From the IMG/VR virus record IMGVR_UViG_3300020455_000616: 64,000 nt of DNA; one strand, written 5' to 3'. Of this stretch, positions 1 to 7,970 are shown piece by piece (position 1 is the stretch's first letter; the number at the start of each line of letters is the position of its first letter). The notes beneath the pieces were generated by a model. The model saw nothing but the letters and a program-made list of their open reading frames with translations. It had not been told where the DNA came from and searched no databases. A program made the position numbers and the translations under genes. Source of the stretch: a virus.

Positions 1-1040
1 TCTAGTACTCCAGCCATTGACAATGCAGAAGCAACGTCGGCAGAACACATAACCACATTACCCTTTCCACGACGAGTTCTTTGTGCGATTGCGTTAGCAT
101 CACGCTCGATCTGGAATAAGAGACCTTTAAACTTCTCAACGGACCAACGACCATTACTGTCGATGTCTAAGTCAAAGACACCTGAAGTAGCAGTGTTAGC
201 AGCAGCACCTTGTTCAGCAACCTTGTAGATAGTTCTGATAACTTCTCTGTTAATCTCAGCAAGTATCTCAGTACTAAGGATGTTAGCAAGTTCTGCTTCA
301 GCGTTTAATCCGTGGATCGCCTTGAGGTCTTGAGCCAATTCTAAACTGTACTCTGCCTTTAGGGCTCTTGACTTGGCTTCAACGAGAACTTTCTCGATGC
401 TGAATGCCATTTCATTGAACTGGTCGCCAGCTCCTGATCCAAGGTTCTCACTGTCTCCAGTCTTCATACCCTGACCTACATTGTAGCCAGTAGAAGATGC
501 AGAACCAACAGGGTTAAGAAGTCCTGGGTTGCTACCTGCTTGTGAAGTAGTACCCATTCCAGCAACGCCGTCAGAGAATCCACCAGTCTCATCAAGACCA
601 TCGTCTTGTCCAGAGAATGCTGTATCTGCTTCGTTGTAGAATGCTTCTGTTCCGCTTTGGTTAGTGTAGCGTGAACGCATTGCGAAGATAAGTCCAGTAG
701 GACCACTCATTGGTTGTACGCCAGCAAGATCATATGCCACCAAGTTAGGCATTGCACGACGTATTAGACTGATTAGAACAGGGTCGAAACCAGCAACAGG
801 ACCTGCTGCAGCGGCATCGGCTCCGAATCCACCACCAGCACCTGCAGCGTTAGCAGCGTTGGTTGGTACAGCTTCGGTCAACATTCCGTTTGAGAATGCT
901 GATTGCTCTCTTAAAAATTTCTCTTGGTTTTCTAGCAAGACTGCGGTAACAGCTCTCTTATGAGAGTCTTCGATTTTCTCTAGACCGTCATAGTCGAGTA
1001 CTGGACCCCACTTTTCCTGCAGTGCTTCTGATTGAAACAT
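1..1040 (-). CDS. gp23: Major capsid protein, 5' part (runs off the window start)
   Basis: Not in the ORF track. Hand translation from ATG at 1040 gives MFQSEALQEKWGPVLDYDGLEKIEDSHKRAVTAVLLENQEKF...AGFDPVLISLIRRAMPNLVAYDLAGVQPMSGPTGLIFAMRSRY, the T4-like gp23 signature. It directly follows gp22. Confidence 0.97.
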   Translation of the reverse strand, partial: MFQSEALQEKWGPVLDYDGLEKIEDSHKRAVTAVLLENQEKFLREQSAFSNGMLTEAVPTNAANAAGAGGGFGADAAAAGPVAGFDPVLISLIRRAMPNLVAYDLAGVQPMSGPTGLIFAMRSRYTNQSGTEAFYNEADTAFSGQDDGLDETGGFSDGVAGMGTTSQAGSNPGLLNPVGSASSTGYNVGQGMKTGDSENLGSGAGDQFNEMAFSIEKVLVEAKSRALKAEYSLELAQDLKAIHGLNAEAELANILSTEILAEINREVIRTIYKVAEQGAAANTATSGVFDLDIDSNGRWSVEKFKGLLFQIERDANAIAQRTRRGKGNVVMCSADVASALSMAGVL

Positions 1041-1089
1041 TTGCTTGTTTACCTAAATGTGTTTTTTGTTTGAATTAATAATATTAAAT

Positions 1090-2319
1090 TCACTTCTTAG
1101 CTAATCCTGAAAGTGTCTTTAGATAGGCATTCATTGACTGTGAGCTATACTCATCAGCAACATCTACGCCCTCAGAAAGGGTTTCAGTTTTTGCCTGTGG
1201 AGAATTTCCTTTAGAAGGATAATAAGATTCCTTCAATGTCTCCAACTTCTCACGATATTCTGCGTCACTTTCAAACTCAACACTCTCTGCCAAGGAAGCA
1301 AGCTTCTCTTTTTGTGAAAGTGCCAAACCTTCAGACACTTCGGAGAATATCTCTTGAGCAACAGACTCAGCGAGTCTCTTATTCAATGTGATGTTCTTCT
1401 CGATCTGTTCGTTGAGTTTGGTTTCCATATCATCAAGTTTTTCTACCATATTCTCAAGGACATCATATTTATCTTCAGGGATTTGTACATAATGATCTTC
1501 AAAAAGCTTTTTCATGCCGCTTAAGAATGATTCAGTCATCTCTGCTTTAAGACCAGACTCGACTGCTAATTGGTTCTCTTGAACCCATTCATCAGCAACA
1601 TACTCAAGATAGGAATCAATTCGTTCTGTGATAGAACCACGAATTGCATCTACCTCTTCTACTAGTTTAGACTCGTAAGTCTCCTCGAAATTCTTTGTCA
1701 TCGCTTCTTTAACTTCAGATACTTTAGATCTGAGAGCGGCTTCAAAGATTGTACGAGCTTTAGATTGGAACTCTTCACTGAGTTCTTCTCCATCTAGAAG
1801 TGCAGCAACGTCTTCTTCAACGTCGATTAACTCTTCTTCTTCTGCTTCTGCTTCAGCAACTACTTCAGCAGATTCTTCTGCATCAGTTGCTTCTTCTTCA
1901 GCAACGACTTCTTCAGTCTCGGTTGACTCTTCTTCAGCAACAACTTCGTCTGTTGTTACTTCGTCTTCTGCGACAACTTCCTGATCGGCTTCGAGTTTCA
2001 CTTCTTCTTCCTCTGGAACATTGTTCAACTTTTTACCAACGCCAACATCAGCAGGTGATGATCCGTCTTTTTTACCTTTACGGTTAGTAACTACGTCCTT
2101 AACTTGCTTAAGTGTAGAACCAGGTGTTTTCAGCGCAGCTGAATTGTCATCAGGTTTGTAGTTAGTAGGTGAAGGACCGCCTAGGTCTTCCCATGACTGA
2201 GGTGTTCCCCCAGTGGTGAGCTTAGGCATTGGATCGCCAGCACTTGCGCCAGAATTGACCGCTGTCGAGGATTGCTTCGTGCCCGCTTCCATTTCCTGTA
2301 AGTTTTTGTCACTAGACAT
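1090..2319 (-). CDS. gp22: Prohead core scaffolding protein
   Basis: Acidic coiled-coil with FQSKARTIFEAAL and DSYLEYVADEWVQENQLAVESGLKAEMTESF motifs; lies between gp21 and gp23. Confidence 0.93.
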   Translation of the reverse strand: MSSDKNLQEMEAGTKQSSTAVNSGASAGDPMPKLTTGGTPQSWEDLGGPSPTNYKPDDNSAALKTPGSTLKQVKDVVTNRKGKKDGSSPADVGVGKKLNNVPEEEEVKLEADQEVVAEDEVTTDEVVAEEESTETEEVVAEEEATDAEESAEVVAEAEAEEEELIDVEEDVAALLDGEELSEEFQSKARTIFEAALRSKVSEVKEAMTKNFEETYESKLVEEVDAIRGSITERIDSYLEYVADEWVQENQLAVESGLKAEMTESFLSGMKKLFEDHYVQIPEDKYDVLENMVEKLDDMETKLNEQIEKNITLNKRLAESVAQEIFSEVSEGLALSQKEKLASLAESVEFESDAEYREKLETLKESYYPSKGNSPQAKTETLSEGVDVADEYSSQSMNAYLKTLSGLAKK

Positions 2320-2360
2320 TTGAGTTTTCTCCGAGTTTCTTATGAGTAGAAATCTATATT

Positions 2361-2368
2361 TATTTATA
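2361..2368 (-). promoter_or_regulatory. T4-type late promoter TATAAATA upstream of gp22
   Basis: Plus strand reads tatttata at 2361-2368. Confidence 0.75.
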
Positions 2369-2395
2369 CAATATTAAAATTTGTATGTATATATT

Positions 2396-3046
2396 CTATA
2401 GGGAGTTTAGGAAGTCTTGGAATAAACCAAGTTTTTGTTCTTCTAAATCTCTTGCCCTACTTGCACGTTCTATTTTAATTCGTGTTTGATTAGCGAGTCT
2501 TTCCTTTAGGAGTCCACCATCCCAAACCCACTCTTTTCCTTCCATAATACCTTGAACAAAGGCATCAGGTGCAGATGGATCAGCGACTATATCTGCAGCA
2601 GTAGCTAACATGAAGTCTTCACCGACTTCTTTATAACCCTTGGTATTATCCCTTAAAGAACCGATACCTCTAGAAGATACTCCTAAAGTTACCCCATCCT
2701 TCAATAGTGATTCTGCAATCTTACCCATAGGTGTAGATAAGATCTGAGCTTTACCAACGAAGTTTTTACCTTCTTGCCTAAGATCAGTGATCTTGTGTGA
2801 TACTCTGTCGAGGTTTACGGTAGGTCCATCTGGGTGACCTAATTCACCAAGAGCACGTCCTTTTTGAACGTAGTCCTTGTTATACCTGTTGACTTCCTTT
2901 TCCATTATGTTAAATGGATATAACCGACCATTGCGGTTTACCATTTCACTTTGAAGGAATACACCTTTTATAAAAAGATTCTTCTTACCACCAACCGTTT
3001 CAGTGATAATTTCAACAGATTCAATTTCTTCTCTTATGAGTTTCAT
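2396..3046 (-). CDS. gp21: Prohead core protease
   Basis: FIKGVFLQSEMVNRNGRLYP, GELGHP, LGVSSRGIGSL and DIVADPSAPDAFV motifs. Confidence 0.96.
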   Translation of the reverse strand: MKLIREEIESVEIITETVGGKKNLFIKGVFLQSEMVNRNGRLYPFNIMEKEVNRYNKDYVQKGRALGELGHPDGPTVNLDRVSHKITDLRQEGKNFVGKAQILSTPMGKIAESLLKDGVTLGVSSRGIGSLRDNTKGYKEVGEDFMLATAADIVADPSAPDAFVQGIMEGKEWVWDGGLLKERLANQTRIKIERASRARDLEEQKLGLFQDFLNSL

Positions 3047-3064
3047 CGGATCAATTAATCGCTT

Positions 3065-3078
3065 TATTTATTATTTAT
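3065..3078 (-). promoter_or_regulatory. Two tandem ATAAATA late-promoter motifs upstream of gp21
   Basis: tatttat at 3065-3071 and 3072-3078. Confidence 0.6.
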
Positions 3079-3082
3079 TGAT

Positions 3083-3274
3083 TTACTCTTCGCCAACCAC
3101 ATCAGCGGACTCTGATCCACCACTATTTACGAACGTAGTATTGATATCAGGTCTAAGATTTTCAATCTTTTCTGAAGATTTTGTGTAAAGGATGTCTTTG
3201 ATTTTATCAGTCACTTCTGCTGGTGACGCATCATTTACAACCATATCCAATAGTTCATCCATTGTCTTTAACAT
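3083..3274 (-). CDS. Small acidic hypothetical protein (possible head-core component)
   Basis: 63-aa ORF immediately upstream of gp21, with a CTAAATA motif just upstream; the start may be Met at 3262. Confidence 0.7.
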   Translation of the reverse strand: MLKTMDELLDMVVNDASPAEVTDKIKDILYTKSSEKIENLRPDINTTFVNSGGSESADVVGEE

Positions 3275-3287
3275 TAATTTACCTATC

Positions 3288-3302
3288 TATTTAGTCTAAA
3301 TA
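3288..3302. promoter_or_regulatory. Back-to-back divergent late-promoter motifs TATTTAG-T-CTAAATA
   Basis: Inverted repeat giving CTAAATA on both strands, between two divergently oriented ORFs. Confidence 0.65.
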
Positions 3303-3316
3303 TATCATGTGATATA

Positions 3317-3472
3317 ATGAATACGAACATGGGAAGCAAGAAACCTGATAAAATGTCTAAAATTGATACAGATTATCCTGGACCGTTTAACACACGTTCA
3401 GACAATGATGATGCAATAGCACATCTTGTCAATGATGGTAGATTCTACATTGAAGAAACAGAAGACGATTAA
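3317..3472 (+). CDS. 51-aa peptide (candidate radical SAM substrate/precursor), absent from the ORF track
   Basis: Hand translation: MNTNMGSKKPDKMSKIDTDYPGPFNTRSDNDDAIAHLVNDGRFYIEETEDD*. Its TAA overlaps the next ATG (TAATG at 3470-3474). An alternative start is Met at 3329. Confidence 0.7.
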   Translation: MNTNMGSKKPDKMSKIDTDYPGPFNTRSDNDDAIAHLVNDGRFYIEETEDD

Positions 3473-5205
3473 TGTCTAATAAAGTCTACTTATTTCAACC
3501 ACAACATGCAATATTCATTAAAGGTATAGAGAACTATTGGTTACCCTATGCTGCTGGATGTCTGTGGAGTTATGCATCTAAACATACTGAAGGTTTTGAA
3601 TTAGGTGAGATTATATTTAAAAGAGAAGATCCTTTTAAGATTTTAGATAGGATAGATGATCCAGTATTATGTGTATTCAGTACATACATTTGGAATGAGC
3701 AGTATAATTTATATCTTGCCAGACTAATTAAAAATAAATTTCCAGACTGTGTTATTGAATTTGGTGGACCTCAATCAACTAGAGGTTTAATAGAGAATGA
3801 TTTTATTGACTGTGTAATCTTAGGTGAAGGTGAAAAACCTATTGTTGATATTCTCAATAGAATTAAAAATTCATGTCACATAAAAGAGATTTATGAGAGA
3901 GAACAAATAAAGGAAGTTACGTATGAAAGTCCATATACTTCTGGTGTATTAGATAAAATCGTAAAAGATAATCCTAATTATCACTGGGCTACATTAGTAG
4001 AATCTACTAGAGGATGTCCTCATCACTGCACCTTTTGTGACTGGGGTACATGGATGGATAAGATTAAAAAATTTGATCTTACTCAAGTAGAAGCAGATAT
4101 TAACTGGATGTCTACTCATAAAGTAGGATTCCTAATGATGGCAGATGCAAACTTTGGAATATTTAAAGACAGGGATTTACTAATTGCAAGGATGCTTAGA
4201 AAGGCAGCAGACCATCCATTAGCAATTATAGATGATCTTACAGTACAATACACTAAAAATTCTACTGATGTTATCTTTGATATTAGTAAAGCATTAGGTC
4301 CATATGATAGAAGAGGGGTGACTATGAGTGTTCAAAGTATGAACTCACCAACTCTAAAAGCAATTAGAAGACAAAACAATACAATAGAAAAGGCAAAAAA
4401 ATTTGTTAAGAAGGCAAGAGAAAAAGGTGTTAATGTATATACAGAAATGATTCTTGGTCTTCCAGAAGAGACAGTAGAATCATGGAAAACTGGATTATGT
4501 GAGTTACTTGAGGCTGGTCAAGATAGCATTGACATATGGTTCTGTCAGGTATTTGGTAACACAGAATTAAATCTCAATAGAGAGAAGTATGGAATTAAAG
4601 TTGTTAATGCCACAGATTATGTCTCATTCACTAATAAAGAAGACTCTATTAAAGAAATAGTTGAGATTGTAAATCAAACAGATAGTATGACAACTGAGGA
4701 TATGATTGAATCATATCTATATGCTTGGATGGTTATAATGTTCCATATTAATGGATTTACTCATGTCTTATCTGAATACTCGAATTTATCATATAGAGAG
4801 TACTATGATAATATGTTTGAATGTCTAAGGAATGATACTGGTTTATTTGGAAATCATTTTAAGGAAATTAAAAAAAGAGTTACCACTTACCTAACTACGG
4901 GTCAGTTAATATCTGATAAAGATAAAGGTCATCTTTTAGAATTAAGTATGGGAACCGACTTTGATTTATTCTGGAATAATAAGACTGAAGTATTTGATTT
5001 TGTAAAATCTATTTTACCTGTATCTAAATCATTATTTGAACTACAACAAAAAACTGTTTATGATCCAAAAACAGAATATCCATTCACAATTATGCATGAT
5101 AAAGAGTTTTATATTATAGATAATCCTAGGAGTGATGAAGAACGTGATGATATATGGGTTCTTAAAAGAAAGAATCTTTTAAAAAACAAACTAATAAAAC
5201 CATGA
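3472..5205 (+). CDS. Cobalamin-binding-domain radical SAM protein (class B type), paralog 1
   Basis: CxxxCxxC motif (RGCPHHCTFCDWG); N-terminal B12-binding-like Rossmann segment (FSTYIWN...IEFGGPQ...ILGEGE); SAM-barrel motifs ADANFG, SVQS and MILGLPEET. Confidence 0.88.
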   Translation: MSNKVYLFQPQHAIFIKGIENYWLPYAAGCLWSYASKHTEGFELGEIIFKREDPFKILDRIDDPVLCVFSTYIWNEQYNLYLARLIKNKFPDCVIEFGGPQSTRGLIENDFIDCVILGEGEKPIVDILNRIKNSCHIKEIYEREQIKEVTYESPYTSGVLDKIVKDNPNYHWATLVESTRGCPHHCTFCDWGTWMDKIKKFDLTQVEADINWMSTHKVGFLMMADANFGIFKDRDLLIARMLRKAADHPLAIIDDLTVQYTKNSTDVIFDISKALGPYDRRGVTMSVQSMNSPTLKAIRRQNNTIEKAKKFVKKAREKGVNVYTEMILGLPEETVESWKTGLCELLEAGQDSIDIWFCQVFGNTELNLNREKYGIKVVNATDYVSFTNKEDSIKEIVEIVNQTDSMTTEDMIESYLYAWMVIMFHINGFTHVLSEYSNLSYREYYDNMFECLRNDTGLFGNHFKEIKKRVTTYLTTGQLISDKDKGHLLELSMGTDFDLFWNNKTEVFDFVKSILPVSKSLFELQQKTVYDPKTEYPFTIMHDKEFYIIDNPRSDEERDDIWVLKRKNLLKNKLIKP

Positions 5206-7043
5206 AGAACGTCTATATGTTCCAACCACAGTATGCTGTGGAAATAAGAAAAGAAGACACCTACTGGTTGCCTTATAGTGTAGGGTGTCTATGGAGTTAT
5301 TGTAGTCAGTTCAAAGATATTACAGATAACTTTGAATTAAAAGAGTTTATATTCAGAAGAGAAGATCCAGCAGATATATTAGATCGTTTAGATAATCCAG
5401 CAATATGTGCGTTTAGTTGTTATATTTGGAATGAACGCTATAATTTACATGTAGCTAAATTAATCAAAGAGAAGTATCCAGATTGTATTATTGAATTTGG
5501 TGGTCCTCAAGGAACAAAACATTTACTTGAGTATGACTTTATAGACACCATTATCATCTCTGAAGGTGAAGAGTCATTCTATGATCTTCTAATAAAAATT
5601 AAAAATAATGAAAGTATTGAACGACTCTATACTAAAGAGCGAATTGAAGTATTGGACTTCCCTAGTCCTTATCAAAGTGGTCTTTTTGATGATATCATTC
5701 AGAATAATCCTGATGTCATGTGGGCTATGACTATGGAAACTAATCGTGGTTGTCCACATATGTGTACGTACTGTGATTGGGGTGGAATGACATATCAGAA
5801 AATTAAAAAGTTTGACCTTGATAGAGTCAAACAGGACATTGAATGGGCAGGTAATCATAATGTTGGATTCATATTTAATGCTGATGCCAACTTTGGTATC
5901 TTTAGAGATAGAGATGTTGAGATTGCAAAGATGTTTAGAGAAGCAGCAGATAAAGGTAATTTAGAAGCAATCAATATACAGTACTCTAAGAACTCAACAG
6001 AAGTTGTTTTTGAGATTGCAAAAATAGTTGGTGACATTAGTAGAGGAGTCACTATAAGTGTTCAAAGTATGAATCAACCTACACTTAAGGCAATTAAAAG
6101 ACAGAATATGAAGGTTAATAAAATATCTGAACAGATAGAAAAAAGTAGAGAATATGGTGTTAAAACATATACTGAATTTATTTTAGGGTTACCTGAAGAG
6201 ACTTTAGATTCTTGGAAGGAAGGGTTCTCAAAGGTTCTTGAATGTGGTCAACATGAATCAATTGATATTTGGTTCTGTCAATTATTTGGTAACACAGAAC
6301 TCAATAGCAAACTATCAAGAGAAATGCATGGAATAAAAACTATCAAGTCAGAAGACTATGTTTCTTTTGGTAATGATAGAGATTATAACGGAGTAGTAGA
6401 GATAATAGAACTCATCTCTGAGACTAATACAATGACCAATGATGAATTGATTGAATCATACATGTATGGTTGGTTAATTGTTCAGTTCCATATTGCTGGT
6501 TATACTCAACTGATAGCAAAATACTTCCATTATAAGTTAGGAATATCTTATAGAAGATTCTATGATGCTTTATTTGATTATGTTAGAAGTAACAAAGGTA
6601 AACTAGGAGATCATTATAGAGAGATCTTTAATTCAGTTAATCATTACATGAAGACTGGAAAAATATTAGATACAGGTAAACATGGTCATACATTACATGC
6701 AGGAAGTTTTGCCTTTATGTTTAATAATAAAGAAGAGATCTTTTCAGAAGTAAAAAATATGATTAGAACATTACAACCAATGATTGAAGAATGGTGTGAT
6801 GTTAAATCTCCAATAGATGATAATATATTAGAAGCACAAAGATGCTTTATCTTTGATGAGAATATGACATACCCTCATACATTTAAATCCAACTATGATT
6901 TAAGTACATGGGAAGAGAAAGATATTGAATATCTTATTGATACTGAATTTAAAAATTTCGACAAAAATAACCCACATGAGGTCTTCATCTTAAGACGCAA
7001 AGGTCTACTTAAGAATCAGATGAAGGAACTATGTAAGGTTTAA
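5202..7043 (+). CDS. Cobalamin-binding-domain radical SAM protein, paralog 2
   Basis: RGCPHMCTYCDWG motif; same domain layout as paralog 1; ATGA overlap at 5202-5205. Confidence 0.88.
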   Translation: MKNVYMFQPQYAVEIRKEDTYWLPYSVGCLWSYCSQFKDITDNFELKEFIFRREDPADILDRLDNPAICAFSCYIWNERYNLHVAKLIKEKYPDCIIEFGGPQGTKHLLEYDFIDTIIISEGEESFYDLLIKIKNNESIERLYTKERIEVLDFPSPYQSGLFDDIIQNNPDVMWAMTMETNRGCPHMCTYCDWGGMTYQKIKKFDLDRVKQDIEWAGNHNVGFIFNADANFGIFRDRDVEIAKMFREAADKGNLEAINIQYSKNSTEVVFEIAKIVGDISRGVTISVQSMNQPTLKAIKRQNMKVNKISEQIEKSREYGVKTYTEFILGLPEETLDSWKEGFSKVLECGQHESIDIWFCQLFGNTELNSKLSREMHGIKTIKSEDYVSFGNDRDYNGVVEIIELISETNTMTNDELIESYMYGWLIVQFHIAGYTQLIAKYFHYKLGISYRRFYDALFDYVRSNKGKLGDHYREIFNSVNHYMKTGKILDTGKHGHTLHAGSFAFMFNNKEEIFSEVKNMIRTLQPMIEEWCDVKSPIDDNILEAQRCFIFDENMTYPHTFKSNYDLSTWEEKDIEYLIDTEFKNFDKNNPHEVFILRRKGLLKNQMKELCKV

Positions 7044-7656
7044 AGGATTCTATTGCCTCATCCCAAAGGATTCTGTGTTCGTAATCTTTATCCTTATCTA
7101 TTAAAGCAATAGTAATAGTAAATCTCTTGTCATCTGTAGGGTTATGAGAACTATGCAGAGGACCAACATTAATAAGACTAGAAGTACCAACATCAACTTC
7201 ATGTTCAAGAGTAGACTCTTCTGGTCTAGCAACTAATACTTTACCGTGATAGTGATCATCTGTTCTATCACCACCTGCTCGTGCATCTGTAGTACTAACT
7301 TCAAATGCTTTATCTGAAGACCACCATCTCATAGTACTTCCTTTAGCACCTATTTGATATATTATTTTTGCCCAAGACCAATCACCAATATTATCAGAAT
7401 GCACAATACCGTCCTCATGTGGAGGAGTATAAAAGAACTCTATCCAATGAGAACTATATCCCATGCTGTTTAACCACGGGAGAATTTTATCATTACCTAG
7501 ATCTTCAAATTGTAGTTGCTTATGGAATTGCAACCACCCCATACCTTTAGTTTTATATTTTGATACGTCTATGTTTGGAAGATAATCTGGTATATTTAAA
7601 AACCTATGAGCATTTTTCATCAAAGTCATGAATATTTTCTGAACCACCAACCGCAA
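7009..7656 (-). CDS. Cupin/double-stranded beta-helix protein, putative Fe(II) oxygenase
   Basis: H-x-D (GIVHSDN) plus distal His (GPLHSSHNP) and RFTITI strand. The real start is probably Met at 7620 (MKNAHR). Confidence 0.55.
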   Translation of the reverse strand: MRLVVQKIFMTLMKNAHRFLNIPDYLPNIDVSKYKTKGMGWLQFHKQLQFEDLGNDKILPWLNSMGYSSHWIEFFYTPPHEDGIVHSDNIGDWSWAKIIYQIGAKGSTMRWWSSDKAFEVSTTDARAGGDRTDDHYHGKVLVARPEESTLEHEVDVGTSSLINVGPLHSSHNPTDDKRFTITIALIDKDKDYEHRILWDEAIESFKPYIVPSSDS

Positions 7657-7969
7657 ATGGATTGTACTTGGAAGTTGCTATCTTGTACAACTTTTCATGA
7701 GTGCTTGGACCTTCATACTCTTGTCCATCTTCTTCATCAATAAACCAGTTTGTTTCTTCTTCTGATTTTGGGTTTTGTTCGATTAACATCATTTCAGTGT
7801 CTAACTCCAATCTACGTTCAGGTGGTGCATACTTATTCTCATTAGTTGCTATAGGCATACTATCATGAGGATGTGCAAGTTCGTTAATTACTCTATTCAT
7901 CCAGTCAGTGCTATCCTCATCTTTTTTTGATTTAAGAGAGAACCATTTTGATGGATTTAATGAGATCAT
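7604..7969 (-). CDS. Hypothetical protein
   Basis: 121-aa ORF starting 1 bp after the gp20 stop. Confidence 0.7.
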   Translation of the reverse strand: MISLNPSKWFSLKSKKDEDSTDWMNRVINELAHPHDSMPIATNENKYAPPERRLELDTEMMLIEQNPKSEEETNWFIDEEDGQEYEGPSTHEKLYKIATSKYNPFAVGGSENIHDFDEKCS

Positions 7970-7970
7970 A

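Noticed and set aside
476-706. 76-aa minus-strand ORF in the track
   Set aside because: It is an alternative frame inside gp23, which the track missed because it is truncated by the window edge.
1800-2087. Plus-strand poly-Q/L ORF
   Set aside because: Antisense shadow of the GAA/GCT-rich acidic repeat in gp22.
5589-6052. Minus-strand ORFs inside radical SAM paralog 2
   Set aside because: Antisense shadows with no recognisable motifs.
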